DNA of 64,000 bases from Balanoglossus misakiensis (lineage: Eukaryota; Animalia; Hemichordata): NCBI GenBank assembly GCA_040954595.2, contig CM082578.2, forward strand, positions 3,640,831 to 3,704,830. Reading direction: 5' to 3'. A model generated the notes under the pieces. The model made no database searches, was not told the DNA's origin, and saw nothing but the letters and a program-made list of their open reading frames with translations. Both the position numbers and the translations under genes were made by a program. Shown here piece after piece: positions 11,676-23,800 of this stretch; the first letter of the stretch is position 1, and every line of letters starts with the position of its first letter.

Positions 11676-14516
11676 AACCTGACTGTAAAGGTCATTGCAG
11701 GAGTTGCCTGATCAGTGTGCAGTTCCAGGTTTGACACAATACATCACTAACCAGTTTTACATGGGTTCAAATAATAGAAAACCATTATGATTGATTAAAG
11801 TTTTCTATATTGTGTAATGCTGTAATACCAAATAATCCAACATGACGTCACCAGCTTTTACTGCTTAATGTATACTAAGGTGAGCATTTAGAAGGGAATT
11901 TTAATTGAGAAACAATGTTTAACGCATGATTTTGAAAGTAATGCACTGCTTTTTAACCATGAATCAACGCGCAGTGGCCTGCCATTATTCGCAAATGTTT
12001 TGATGGAGAACAGTATATCGAGTTTGACATTTACATGTATCCCACGCGTAGATTACAAAGATAGTCATTTTGGAATATAGGTCATTGATAAATTAAAGCC
12101 TCAAGAGCTACCACTTTTTGCATTATCTTCAGGATTTTATTTTCCAACTTAAATTGGTCCATCTAAATAAGCTTACTGATAAGTATACATGACCGCCTTA
12201 TCGATACCCGATTTTGGATGTATGCAGCGATTTGAAAACGCTTTGTATTAAAACTGTGTCTCACCAATTTGATCAGCCTCCATACAAACAGTACACTCAG
12301 CTATATATCGTGGTATATGTCGCGAAGAGATGACAAACTGATGCAAATGTAAGTGATATGGTAAGGATTTTAGAGGATATATATCTGAAGTGTTTTACTG
12401 TTGAAAAATATTTGTGAAATTTTCTAGGCAGCTATAGGGGCTTGAAAACATTTGCTCGAACCTCTCCATCACAGACTTCAACTACTCTAGTGTCACGAGA
12501 ATACCGCATAGTTCCTGCAATTTCGGGACAGCAGACCACGTCAGTCAGTTCAGGTAAATGTCCATTCCATGGGCATGGATGCTGTGTCTGATTTAATTAT
12601 TGAAGAAACGAACGATATAACAAAACATTTTTCGCACTTGACTGCATCGCACATATACCCTTTCTCCCATCTTCATCGGTTCTGGTTATTTCATTATTAT
12701 ATGGATATGAACTTTGTGCAGCTATTTATATCAGAGAAATATTTCTCCCATAACATAGCTGTATACTCCTTAACATTTCCAAATAATAATGGTCTGTAAA
12801 TATACTTGCTCATCCCATTCTCAACACACATTCTACCGTGGGAAATCTTAACCCAGCTAAGGAGTCTTGATATAATAGTGAACGCCGGTAGTCAAATGTA
12901 AGTTCAGCCAGCCACCACGTAAAATTCTTCATGCTGATTTAGGATGGAATTTCTGGCGTTCTCACAACCCCTATCCAATACTAAATTAATGTTCTGACAC
13001 ATGCATAGATGTTTGTCATTTTTTGAACGTTTTGCAGGTGTCACCAAAGTTCGACCTCAATTCTTCCCTTTGTCTGTGTAGTCACCTAGGAATGATGGGA
13101 ATCGTTTCATCTGATTGACGATGCTACGATTAGCACAGGGGCGTCCGGCTGTCCTAAGATATAACAATACCAATCACAGGTTATGGTTTACTGTTCAAAT
13201 GTTTCAATTATTTTAGATGTCTATTTCGATACACATCATTGAAAGCAACCGAATGCTTTTTGTGCCAAATTGTAGGGCGCAGATATGTTTTGTATACATG
13301 GTTCTTTATTGACTCAAGCTATGAAAAATGGAATAGTCTTATAGTGAGACAAGCTATGAGAACAAGTGAAGTGAGAATAGAGGCGCTCTGATGATGACTG
13401 TTATACAAGGCACTCAATGTATTCTTGTAAGATGCTTATAAATATATATATTGCTTGATCGGTGGGGAAGGGTACAATGCATTTGACAATTTTGCATTCC
13501 TCACATAGTGGGAGACGATCGACTTTTGGAATGTTGATATGGGAGGCTTTGTCGTATTTGGGTAAATTTTGCAGATACTTTTGTACCAATGTGCTGAATT
13601 CATATTTGCATATTTCTTCACCAACATATTTCGCAGCAGAAGTAAGTCAATATCTGAATAATGCAAATGTTAAAAGCGGGTGACATGTATTTCTGTAGCT
13701 ACAAAGTTTGAGGAAAAGAAATGTGACCATAAATAAATTAAAACCACTCTCTCAGTATCTACCCCGGAGCCCCTTACCGGTTGGTTAACCTCTGGGAACC
13801 GTGCATTGTAGCGTCATTGGTGTGGACAATGCACGTAAAGCAAGGCATTAAATATGGATATCACATGTACACTCAAGAAAAATGTATATTTGCATGACAA
13901 TAAGCCGGAATTCCATTAGTTGGGTAAAATAGATGTTTTATACATAATCCCCATTGGTTATGACAGGAACACTTTAATGATTAATTCCCCTGTATTCAAT
14001 TTATTCGTTTACCGCACGTCACAATTCTATTCATTCCTTCCTTTTCATTTTGTGACTGTAATAAATACATAAGTAGTAATTTCCCGCATAGCATGCTGTA
14101 CTGGTGCATACTTATTAAGTAGGGAAAACAAATCGCATACATGATTCATCGCTAGACATAAGTTTGCTATTTGCATGTCACTCCACATGTGGTTAAAGGT
14201 CTCCGGCCATAGCAATTCAGGCCAGCCCTGTCAATTAATTCAGCCAATCAATCGTAGATCATGGTGACCTGTGACCTGAGTTGCTGCGGTTTGAGTCCTT
14301 AGACATACAAATAGAATTTCGAAAATGAAGACCAAAATGACAGACACAAGTCTGGATTCTAGACTACCATGTCATAGACCCCTATGCAGTGTGCATTCAA
14401 GGTCTCGCTGTACTGTCATGATATAGGGCCTTCATTCTATCACCTGATCTTTACGCCATTGTGAGGTCACGGTGATCAAGTTTAATATTTCGTGATCGGC
14501 GCTGGTGTTAGGTTGA

Positions 14517-14798
14517 ATATTCCGAATAACAAATTTACCGAAACTTGCTCTGGCCGTTAGACGGTGGTCGACAGTGGCACCGTTCTCCCAAACCAGCAGA
14601 AACGCCGATACGACAGACGACGTCAAGTCGTTTGAGGACATTCCCCGTCCAAGGAAGAAACTCCTCTCGTACATCGATATCTTCCGCAAATACCCCAAGT
14701 GGCGCCGTGAGATCTTTGAATCCATGTGGCGGGAAAAATTCGGGATAGTCAATTGTGTTGTCGTTGCAGATCCCGTCACCGCTGCACTCGAGCTGTAG
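14517..14798 (+). pseudogene. Probable mitochondrial-clan cytochrome P450 first-exon relic
   Basis: Frame reads IFRITNLPKLALAVRRWSTVAPFSQTSRN (Arg/Ser-rich, presequence-like), DVKSFEDIPRP (cf. KPFEEIPGP), MWREKFGIVNCVVVADP (cf. IWREKLG..V.V.DP); bounded by TGA 14514 and TAG 14796; no upstream ATG or later exons seen. Confidence 0.55.
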
Positions 14799-14929
14799 GC
14801 ACATATCAGCGTCGTGTGCCTGCGTGTGCCAATATTATGTAGATAGTGATCTCTTTTAACTGACATGTGACAAAACTTGTACATAGTAGTAATTTGGTTA
14901 TTTTGTTAATACCAATATACCACATTCAT

Positions 14930-15030
14930 TTGCTGCAGTTTTGCAGCCCCTGCGGCCGGCTCCCCTTGACGACTCCCCGCAAAAACAAAAATATTCCAGG
15001 GGAGCCGCAGGGGCTGCAAAACTGCAGCAA
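14930..15030. mobile_element. 101-bp MITE with 9-bp TSD (MULE-like)
   Basis: Perfect 27-bp TIR TTGCTGCAGTTTTGCAGCCCCTGCGGC; direct repeat CACATTCAT at 14921-14929 and 15031-15039. Confidence 0.85.
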
Positions 15031-15292
15031 CACATTCATATGCTCCATACATCCACTGTCATAGGATAGGGTCTTTGATCTCCAAAATTTGTTAAATGCA
15101 AATCACACGCTTTTGCCAAGTAGCTTTAGAAACATTCTTAATGGTCGCTAGCAATTGTTCAATCTGATTAAAATCAGATGTAGGGAACGGCGACGTGTTT
15201 TTATACTGCGTCTCACACTACATCTGACCAACTGCTACTGAAGCTCCCGTTGAAATCGCGCATTCCGACCTGGCCAATTCTGGCTGTCTTAA

Positions 15293-16024
15293 GGTGGCAT
15301 TGCACGAAACCGTCAAGACTTTTTCAGAGGCCTATTTCTCATCAAAGACAACATTAAAACCCCTATAAACCATACATATTCTGGAAGCTGAGTTTTTGAA
15401 CTTTTGTTTGAGTTGCACATTTTATTGACCCCCGGAAATGGTTGCGTTTTGGGGTTAAAAATCATTTTTTTGTATTATGTCATTCAATTGAATTTAGGTA
15501 AAAAAGTTGACCATGCATCATGCATCTTAATATGTCATTCGAAACTAGAGTACACGTTCAAAACAACGAACATTTTGTTTTGCGTTATCTGCTTCAATTG
15601 AGGAGTAACAGCATTTGAAAGTTAGATTTTTTAGAAAATTTGATCAAATTCACGATGAGTTGTATTGAACCAGAGTTTATTCCCGGCGCCAGGAACACTT
15701 TATCGACTAAAAAAAAAAACTTTGTTGGATGGGTCATACACAATCCCCTGTTAAAATTTGAGCAAATTCGGACAACGCAGAGCGAAGCTAAATTCTTCTG
15801 AAGTTGTCAAAAGCAGCGAAAATGCAAACTGAGAAACGAGGCCATTTGCATTGTTGACACCTATTTGTTAAGCTGTGGATTCATTCATAAAAGTGCTATT
15901 TTGGGTGATTATGCACCATTTCCGCCAAGACGCTTTTGTCATAATATGGATCAGTATTAGACCTTCCGCTTTATGTAAAAAAGTAAAGTTTGGCAAAAAT
16001 CACAACTTTTCATGCAATGCCACC
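15293..16024 (-). mobile_element. Non-autonomous Kolobok-like DNA transposon, copy 2 (inverted)
   Basis: TTAA at 15289-15292 and 16025-16028; same TIRs; colinear reverse complement of 1053-1782. Confidence 0.85.
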
Positions 16025-16083
16025 TTAAATAGGTACGGACATTGGAGGCATCCATCTTGTTTATGATCACGTGGTCTGCCCAG

Positions 16084-17115
16084 GGGTGCGTTCGACGTAC
16101 GAAGCGTTCGGTAACGTTCGGAAACGTTTTCATGTCGAACGATCTTTTGTCATCGTTTTTCGCGAACTTTTTGTAACAATGGAAGGCGTAAGACGGAGGT
16201 GACTCGCGGCGAACAACTCATTAATTCAAAATAGCGGACATGTAAGCAGAAGTACGACTCGCAGGGCATATTTTCGAAGAAGTTGCAGAATATTTGTCGA
16301 TTTAGGTAGTGATAGTTTTACCAAGCGAAAGCTTGTATTTTTCCCCATCAATACACCAATTTACATGAATTGTGCCGCTACTGTCTTGTGTAAAACGGTT
16401 TAAAAGGGGTATGCACTTACGGAATCATGTCCTTGTATGCGCACCGGGACGTTCTTGCTTAGGGTGACCCTTTTTTTTTATTTGTTTCTCATCTCCAGAG
16501 GAATAGTCAGGCAGGGCGGGCGGGCGAAATAAAAAAAAAACGTGTACCAAAAAAAAAACCTGTTTCAGTTCCATGTTTTATCCATTACAAACAAATGTGT
16601 AGGCCTATTTGTTTCTGTTCAATGTTCTGGCTGTTCAGTCATTGCAATTTCTTATCTTTCAGTCCAGTGTTTGTGCTCTCTGTCCTTTTAGTCACTATAA
16701 TTTCTTGTCTTTCACTTTAATGCTCTGTCCTTTCATTCTCTACAATTTCTTCCCTTTCCTGCGGCCTCGATGGCTTCAGCCATGGTCCGACACGACCGCC
16801 ATGGTGAATATGACGTCATATTTGCAAAATCTCACAATTAGCCGTTGGGGGCGCTGTTGCTAGGATGATCGCCTCAGGCTCAGAGTCGGCGCAAATAAAA
16901 CAGTTTTTTTTATTTTCATGTCGGAGCTGAAATTTACGGTCGGTCGGGAGATGAGAAACAGAGAAAATAAAAACGTCGCCCTTACGGCCGCTGTCTCTGA
17001 AAAGTCAAAGGTCATTGACGGCGCCCTCTTGAGAGGCAAGCTTAATATCGTTCGACGAAGTACAAAAGCGCCCTGGGCAAGCATTCACAAAACGCTTTGT
17101 GCGTCGAACGCACCC
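16084..17115. mobile_element. PIF/Harbinger-like non-autonomous element (outer)
   Basis: TIR GGGTGCGTTCGACG.AC.AAGCGTT at both ends; 3-bp TSD CAG at 16081-16083 and 17116-17118. Confidence 0.8.
16462..16981. mobile_element. Harbinger-like MITE nested in the element above
   Basis: TTA TSD at 16459-16461 and 16982-16984; imperfect TIR GGGYGAC...TGTTTCTCATCTCC. Confidence 0.7.
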
Positions 17116-18574
17116 CAGGTTTCTTGGCATGATATCAGGCCGTACCTGACCCCTTTCCCTTTAGCGTAGCGCAGCCAGCGGTGGGATTGGGGCAGGGGAC
17201 CAGACTAATACAAATGATGAACTGTCGCTGATCATTCATAAAATCTCCTAAGAAGTCGTCATGTTCGCCCTCGAAGTCATGCCGCCAGTCGGGAAAAATG
17301 ACGTACTTCATGTAAAAGTTTATAAAAAACAAATTCCACTGCCATGCCATGTATCCCAAATCCATTAATGTGACAGGATTTTAAAAATGACGCTAACTTC
17401 GGCTAAGGAAGGTCAAGTCAGGGCAGTCGGTCGGTACGCGTTTCCGCAGAAATACAACGATCGTGGCGACAGAATCTCACCCTGGGACGGCCTTAGGCTG
17501 CATTCACAGACACCTTACGTGTCCCCGTCTCTCCTACATCCCAACCGCCACCCTGACCAGAAAGACTCTACGAATGTATCCCACCATTAAAGGAAGACAC
17601 GATAAGACTATGAAATATTTTTCCTTGTTGTGGTAAGTTACAAAGCTTTTAAAATGTTGCATTCTCTACAATAGTGACAGTCGATCAATTTTTAAATGTA
17701 GATATCTGGGAAAACTTGTGTGAAGAAAGCGTTAAAGGAAATATATTAAACATATATCGAACGTTCATTCAAGATATACTTAATGAAATAGGGGGAAATC
17801 ATCGCGAGATACAAAGCCCGAATCATCAAATTAAACATTAAGCATTTTGAATGCAACTTCGTTCCACGTGGATAAATGTATTTATCATGAGTAGGCCTTT
17901 GTCTAAGTTGCATGTATAATGGCATATTGAAAGTATGCACACGGCAGGACTATATACAGGTGGTCAAATATGCTGTAAAGTGAACATGTATGATTTTAAC
18001 TTTTTGCTGACGTATCAAGAATGCTTTAACTGTTAGCCTCGCGGTCACGTGGGCAGCTAAACCCCAAATGTTGGCATAATTGTGCACTTTGGGTTAAAAG
18101 AATGAAACTTGGTACAGTTATGCATGGACCTTTCAATACGAGTAGCCCTTTTCAAGAGGTCAGTGGTGATCTCCTTACATTGGATAGCAAGGGCACTCAG
18201 ACAACATATCTTCAACGGCTGGCAGCGGTAAAACGGGCCCCTGAACTAGCATGCAGCAGGGAAAATGTGCGGTTAAACCACTGTCGTGTGAGGTTAAACA
18301 AACTACATTGTAAATAAAATAAAAATACTAATTGAATTTACGGACGTTGTATTTTGGAACTGCTCTGGGGGAATATTTGGCATTTTGCATGCGCGCTGCC
18401 TGTCTTGTCACTTTTCGTCGTCTGCTTCATGTTTAATGCTCGATCCCGGCCACTCGTGTTTACATTCAATCATGGTCGCCATGTTGGTTCACGATCGTAA
18501 TTTCTCTTTCTGACGCTGTTTCGTTAAGAAAATGACACTGATATGCCACAAAACCAAAATAGCAATAACCCCCG

Positions 18575-18695
18575 CCTCAGTCGGGTGTACATTCGATTTT
18601 GGTACAATTCGCTGCATTCAGCACTTGGCTAACGGCTCGTGCTATATGTGTCGAATTGTACCCAAATCTCGTGTATACGCGCCTGCGGTGGTTTT
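18575..18695. repeat. Imperfect palindrome, centre resembling Crypton-like non-autonomous elements
   Basis: GATTTTGGTACAATTCG...AGCACTTGGCTAACGGCTCGTGCT...CGAATTGTACCCAAATC; the class assignment is only a resemblance. Confidence 0.4.
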
Positions 18696-19964
18696 TTTTT
18701 TCTTAATACACCGGTGTTGTTAATTCACTTTTGTTAACACCATTTGTTTGCTGTCTCCCACATAAATAATAGTTAGTCCAGTCGCCCCCGTAAATAATGG
18801 TACAGCCCTATACGAAGAATGTAATATGAGACTTCACATGGGCCTAACAGTCGGATCCCGGACTCAGATTTATCCTGAATACCACAGTGAACATCCCAAA
18901 CACTGAATCCTTGGTGGCCAAATCGATTTGGTTTGTGGATGCAAGCGGCGTACACCAAGATTCAACACAGGACTATATTTTATGCTCAGTTGCACAATGC
19001 TTACTTCTCAAACGACGATGAAATTAAATCGTTGCTGAAGTGCGCACGGACCCACAAATCCTCGCATCACGCGAGAACTAAAAAAATACAGACCAGAAAT
19101 GATCGCAGTGTAACAATGACAAACAAAGAATGCAACATTTCAACATGCAGATAATTTAATCTGTCAAGTTCATCTTTGTCAACCCCCCCCCCCTTATGTT
19201 TGTGACTTTTGAAGAATGCGTGCCAGTATGTCTTACATGGCAATGCACACCTAACACTTGTCGGGCACCCTTTATTGAGGGAATTTAAATCTTCGCAATA
19301 CAGAAGACTGTTTTGTAACTTACTTTTAATTTAAGAATTTTAATTGTTCCAGCATGCACTCTAGTAAATTGTTCGTTAAGTCCTTCGGCAGGAGACTTGC
19401 GTACATGGACAAAAGACTTTCTCCTTGTTGTCTCGAAGAAAGTGCAGGGGTTGGGGCAATTGACGCCGCAATGTTACGGTTGACAAATATTGATCCAAAC
19501 AACCCCGGGAGGTAACTGCTAACACATAAATAAAGGAACACGACGTAGCATCTCCATTTGGCTCCTGATCTCTCTCTGCAGTGGTTACAATTCTTTGTAA
19601 AACTCGCATTATTTGTCAAGTAGTTCTTGTATAAAATGATCGCAGATTAGCCGCAAACTCGCAACCATGGCTTGCCGGAGAAGCTGTAAAATGTTACGAG
19701 ATTGTCGTGAAATACCATTGAAGTTAACGCTCGTCGCTTCATTCGTGATGTTGTCGTTGGCATTACTGCAGCAAGCAGGTAAGACACTAATTTTGGGTTT
19801 TGCACGTTCAGAAAGTTTGAAGTTCCTCAAAACATAAATGTTATCATTATTTCTATGGGGTGAGATCCCCGCCAAAACTAAAATAATTCGATTAATGCTT
19901 TTTGCTATTTAGTATTATTGACTATTTTTATAATTATTTGCTAAACATTTTATATTTGCAGAGA

Positions 19965-20300
19965 TAGGTGCTGATTATTAGCAATTATGTGCTCAATTAT
20001 AAGCAGGTAAACGATTTAGCGCTGAATTTTTCAAAGCTTTATAATTAGGTGACGAATTATTAGTAGGTAAAATATTTAATGCTGAATTATTTTAGCAGCG
20101 TTATGATTAGGTGCCGCATTATTAGTAGGTGAAAAATTTGGTGCTGAGTTATTAGCAGCTTTATGATTAGGTGCCACATTATTAGTAGGTGAAAAATTTG
20201 GTGCTGAGTTATTAGCAGCTTTATGATTAGGTGCCGCATTATTAGTAGGTGAAAAATTTGGTGCTGAATTATTAGCAGCTTTATGATTAGGTGCTAAATT
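19965..20300. repeat. Minisatellite: 60-bp unit built from ~20-bp subunits
   Basis: TTATGATTAGGTGCCGCATTATTAGTAGGTGAAAAATTTGGTGCTGAGTTATTAGCAGCT near-perfect at 20101, 20161 and 20221, degenerate upstream. Confidence 0.9.
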
Positions 20301-20421
20301 AAAGTACGTTGATCTTGGCTTGGGCGCGGGCGCAACAAATCTCTGGCGATTTTTTTCCTGAATTGTTTTGATGGGGTGTCGCTATATAGGCCCTAAGGCG
20401 TCTGTGGCCTTACATGACCTT

Positions 20422-20743
20422 TTGGCAAGTGCGTGATAGCCCAGGACCATGTGTTCTGAAGCATGGGGATTTCACCTAACTAAAATCCCACCTAATGTTG
20501 AACCTAAAAAAAGAACTTTTTAACAAAATCGTTCGACCATTTTTCCGTCATTTAATACTTATTTTTTCCGAATGTTTTTATATTTAATTTGAATTTTTAT
20601 TATATTAATACCGATTGAATATTGTTTGCTCATTTTATAGCGCTTTTAGCTATTTTTTTAGGTTCAACATTAGGGGGGATTTTAGTTAGGTTAGATCCCC
20701 ATGCTTTATAACACATGTTCCTGGGCTAGCACTCACTTGCCAA
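20422..20743. mobile_element. Foldback/MITE with ~90-bp imperfect inverted repeats
   Basis: TTGGCAAGTG...AAGCATGGGGAT..CCTAACTAAAATCCC.CCTAATGTTGAACCTAAAAAA mirrored at 20654-20743; no TSD identified. Confidence 0.7.
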
Positions 20744-20806
20744 GAAAATGGCGGACAACACGGGTGTGCCAAGAGATTTCAGCGAAGCCATAAATTCATG
20801 TAAAAA

Positions 20807-23800
20807 TTAAAGCTGCAAGCAGCGTTGGGGGGGCACAAGCGGTTCCCATGGTGACCAGCAAATTCCACGGCTGTATCTGCTGGGGATACCGAGACATGGG
20901 AAAGTAGGTCAAAGGTCACCTGAGGTCACCTCAAATTTGGGCAAAAAAATTGGACCCCATACTAGTCTAGATCCAACAAAAAACCAGACCCCTAGCCCTA
21001 TTGGTTCGCCTGCAATTAGGTATGCACATAATTAATGAGGTCTTGTGTAAGACTCCATTATGTGCTCAATACCCATAAAAGCCAGGGCTCTAACTGCTCT
21101 GGATGCTGAGATATGGGAAAGTAGATCAAAGGTCACCCAAGGTCACCCAAAATTAGGGCATAAAATTTTGACCCCAGACTGGGCCATGTCCAACCAATAC
21201 CAGACCTCTAGCCCTATTGGGTAGCATGGAATTAGATATGCAGAAATAGGTCAAAGGTCATTGCCAAAATTACCAAAATATTTGTGTCATGTCCTGGCAG
21301 CATTGGTACCCATGTCCACAAAATTCATGAATGTGGTGCTTTTACAAGAGGAGGTATGGGGAATATGCATATATAATTAGTTGTTTTAAAACTGGGTCAA
21401 AGGTCATGTGAAAATTGCCACGAAAAATTGTGACAACTTCCGGTCATATGATGACTCATATCCAAAAAAAGAATTTCCGTGCTGTCAACATTTTGGCTAC
21501 AAAACAGAATTTTCATTTTTCAATGGTTTTCCGAAAATCCAACATGGCCGCCATAATGATCGACCAATCACAGTGCGCTTCGCAAACTTGATAGACATAG
21601 GTTAGGTGACCACATATCCCAAATCCCGAGAATCGGTAACCGCTGGTTCTGGAGAAGAAGATTTTTAAAGTTTTAAGTATTTTTTAAGAAAAACAATTGT
21701 AGCAAAAAAACTTTATGTGTGACGTCATGATTTCAATGGGGTAAAATGATGGACAGAAGGTAGGCTACCTGCACACCAAATTTGAACTCGATCGGCCTTG
21801 TAGTTTTTGAGAAGGACTCATTTAACGGTTTTCAGGAAATCCAATATGGCCGCCAGGTCACATGACTAATTAAATATTCACGGGCCACTGCACGTCTACT
21901 CATTGGCCCCTATCACCCTACCAAGTTTCAGCCCCCTAGGTGCTGCGGTTTTCCAGATCTACCTGGCCGAATTTCTCGGAAGAAGAAGAAGAAGAATTAA
22001 AGCTGCAAGCAGCATTGTCCGGGCCCAAGCTCTATTATCTGATCAGATTATTAGATATGCACATAATTAATGAGTAGAAACATAATGCTGTGTTTTATCC
22101 CATGAAATATCAAGGTTATATCTATGTTTGGTGCTGATATAGTGTTAAGTAGGTCAAAGGTCACCCGAGGTCATCCAAAATTTGGGCAAAAATTTTTGAC
22201 CCAATACTGGTCCATGTCCAACAGAAACCAAACCTCTAGGTCTATTGGTTCATCTGTAATTAGGTATGCTAATATTTAATGAGGTCAGCAGAGGTCAAAG
22301 GGGTCATGAAAAGTAGCGAAATTTTTTGATCACATACAAATCCACATACATCAAAAACCAAAATCATAGCCCTATAGGTTAGCCTGTAATTAGATATGCA
22401 GAAAAAAATGATGTGTCAAAAGTAGGTCAAAGGTCATTGCCAGAATTACCAAAATAGTTGGGGTAGGTCCTGGCAGGGATGATACCAATGTGCACAAAAA
22501 TCAGAACTCTGGTACATTTAGAACACGTAGTATGAGCTATATATGCATATATGCAGGTTCTTAAAAATGTAGGTCAAAGGTCATGTGACAATTTCCAAAA
22601 TATTTGCAACATATTCTAGTCATATCACGACTCATATCCATAAAAAGAATTTGTATGCTATCTATTTTTAGACTAGAAAAATGATTTCTTAATTTTCGCT
22701 GGTTTTTACAAAATCCAATATGGCCGCCATAATCTTCGACCAATCACAACGCTCTTCGCAAACTTGATAGACATCAGTTAGGTGATGTCATACCCTAAAT
22801 CCCATGACTCGGTTATTGCCGGTTCTGGAGAAGAAGATTTTTGAAGATTTTACTGTACTTTTTCGAAAATCCAATATGGCGGCCAAAGTCACGTGACCGC
22901 TCAGGATTTTATTGTCAAACTTTGAAGGGCAGATGACATGTGTACCATACACCAAATTTGAACTTGATTGGCCCTGTGGTTTTTGAGAAGAAGCCATTTA
23001 AAGATTTTCAGAAAATCCAATATGGCCGCCAGGTCATGTGACTAATTAAATATTCACAAGCCACTGCACATCTACTCATTGACCTTGACCACTGTAGCAA
23101 GTTTGAGAAGTGTACCTGTAGCCGTTTCAGAGATCTAGGAGAGCAAAGATTGACATAAGAATAAAGAAAGAATTAAAGCTGCAAGCAGCATTGTCGGGCC
23201 CAAGCGCTGATCTTGAATTATATATGCACAGTATGAATGAGAAGAAACAGAATTTTCTATCGCATGTATTATCTCATGACATAACAAGGACTTATGTATT
23301 TTTGCTGCTGAAATAGAGTAAAGTAGGTCAAAGGTCACCTGAGGTCACCCAACATTTGGGCAAAAAAATTTGACCCTTGCTGGGCCATGTCCAACAAAAA
23401 CCAAAACTCTAGCTCTATTGGTTCGTCTGTAATTAGGTATGTGCATATTTAATGAGGTCAGCAGGTGTCACAGGTGACCCAAAAATGTGGCTTTACATTT
23501 TGGTCCCATCCTGCCAAATGCCAAGGCTGTATCTGCTCTGGATGCTAAGATATGCGAAAGTAGGTCAAAGGTCACCAGAGGTCATGCAACATTTGGGCAA
23601 AAAAATTTGACCCCATTCTGGTCCATTTCCAACAAAAACCAAACCACTAGCTTTATTGGTTCGCCTGTAATTAGCGATGCACATAATTAATGAGGTCAAC
23701 AGAGGTCAAAGGGGTCATGAAAAGTAGCAAAATATTTTGATCACACACTAATCCACATGCATCAAAAACCAAACGTCTAGCCCTATAGGTTAGCCAGGAA

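Noticed and set aside
19326-19875. Minus-strand KVFCPC..CRR stretch faintly like a transposase N-terminal zinc motif
   Set aside because: Too short, interrupted by stops, no supporting motifs.
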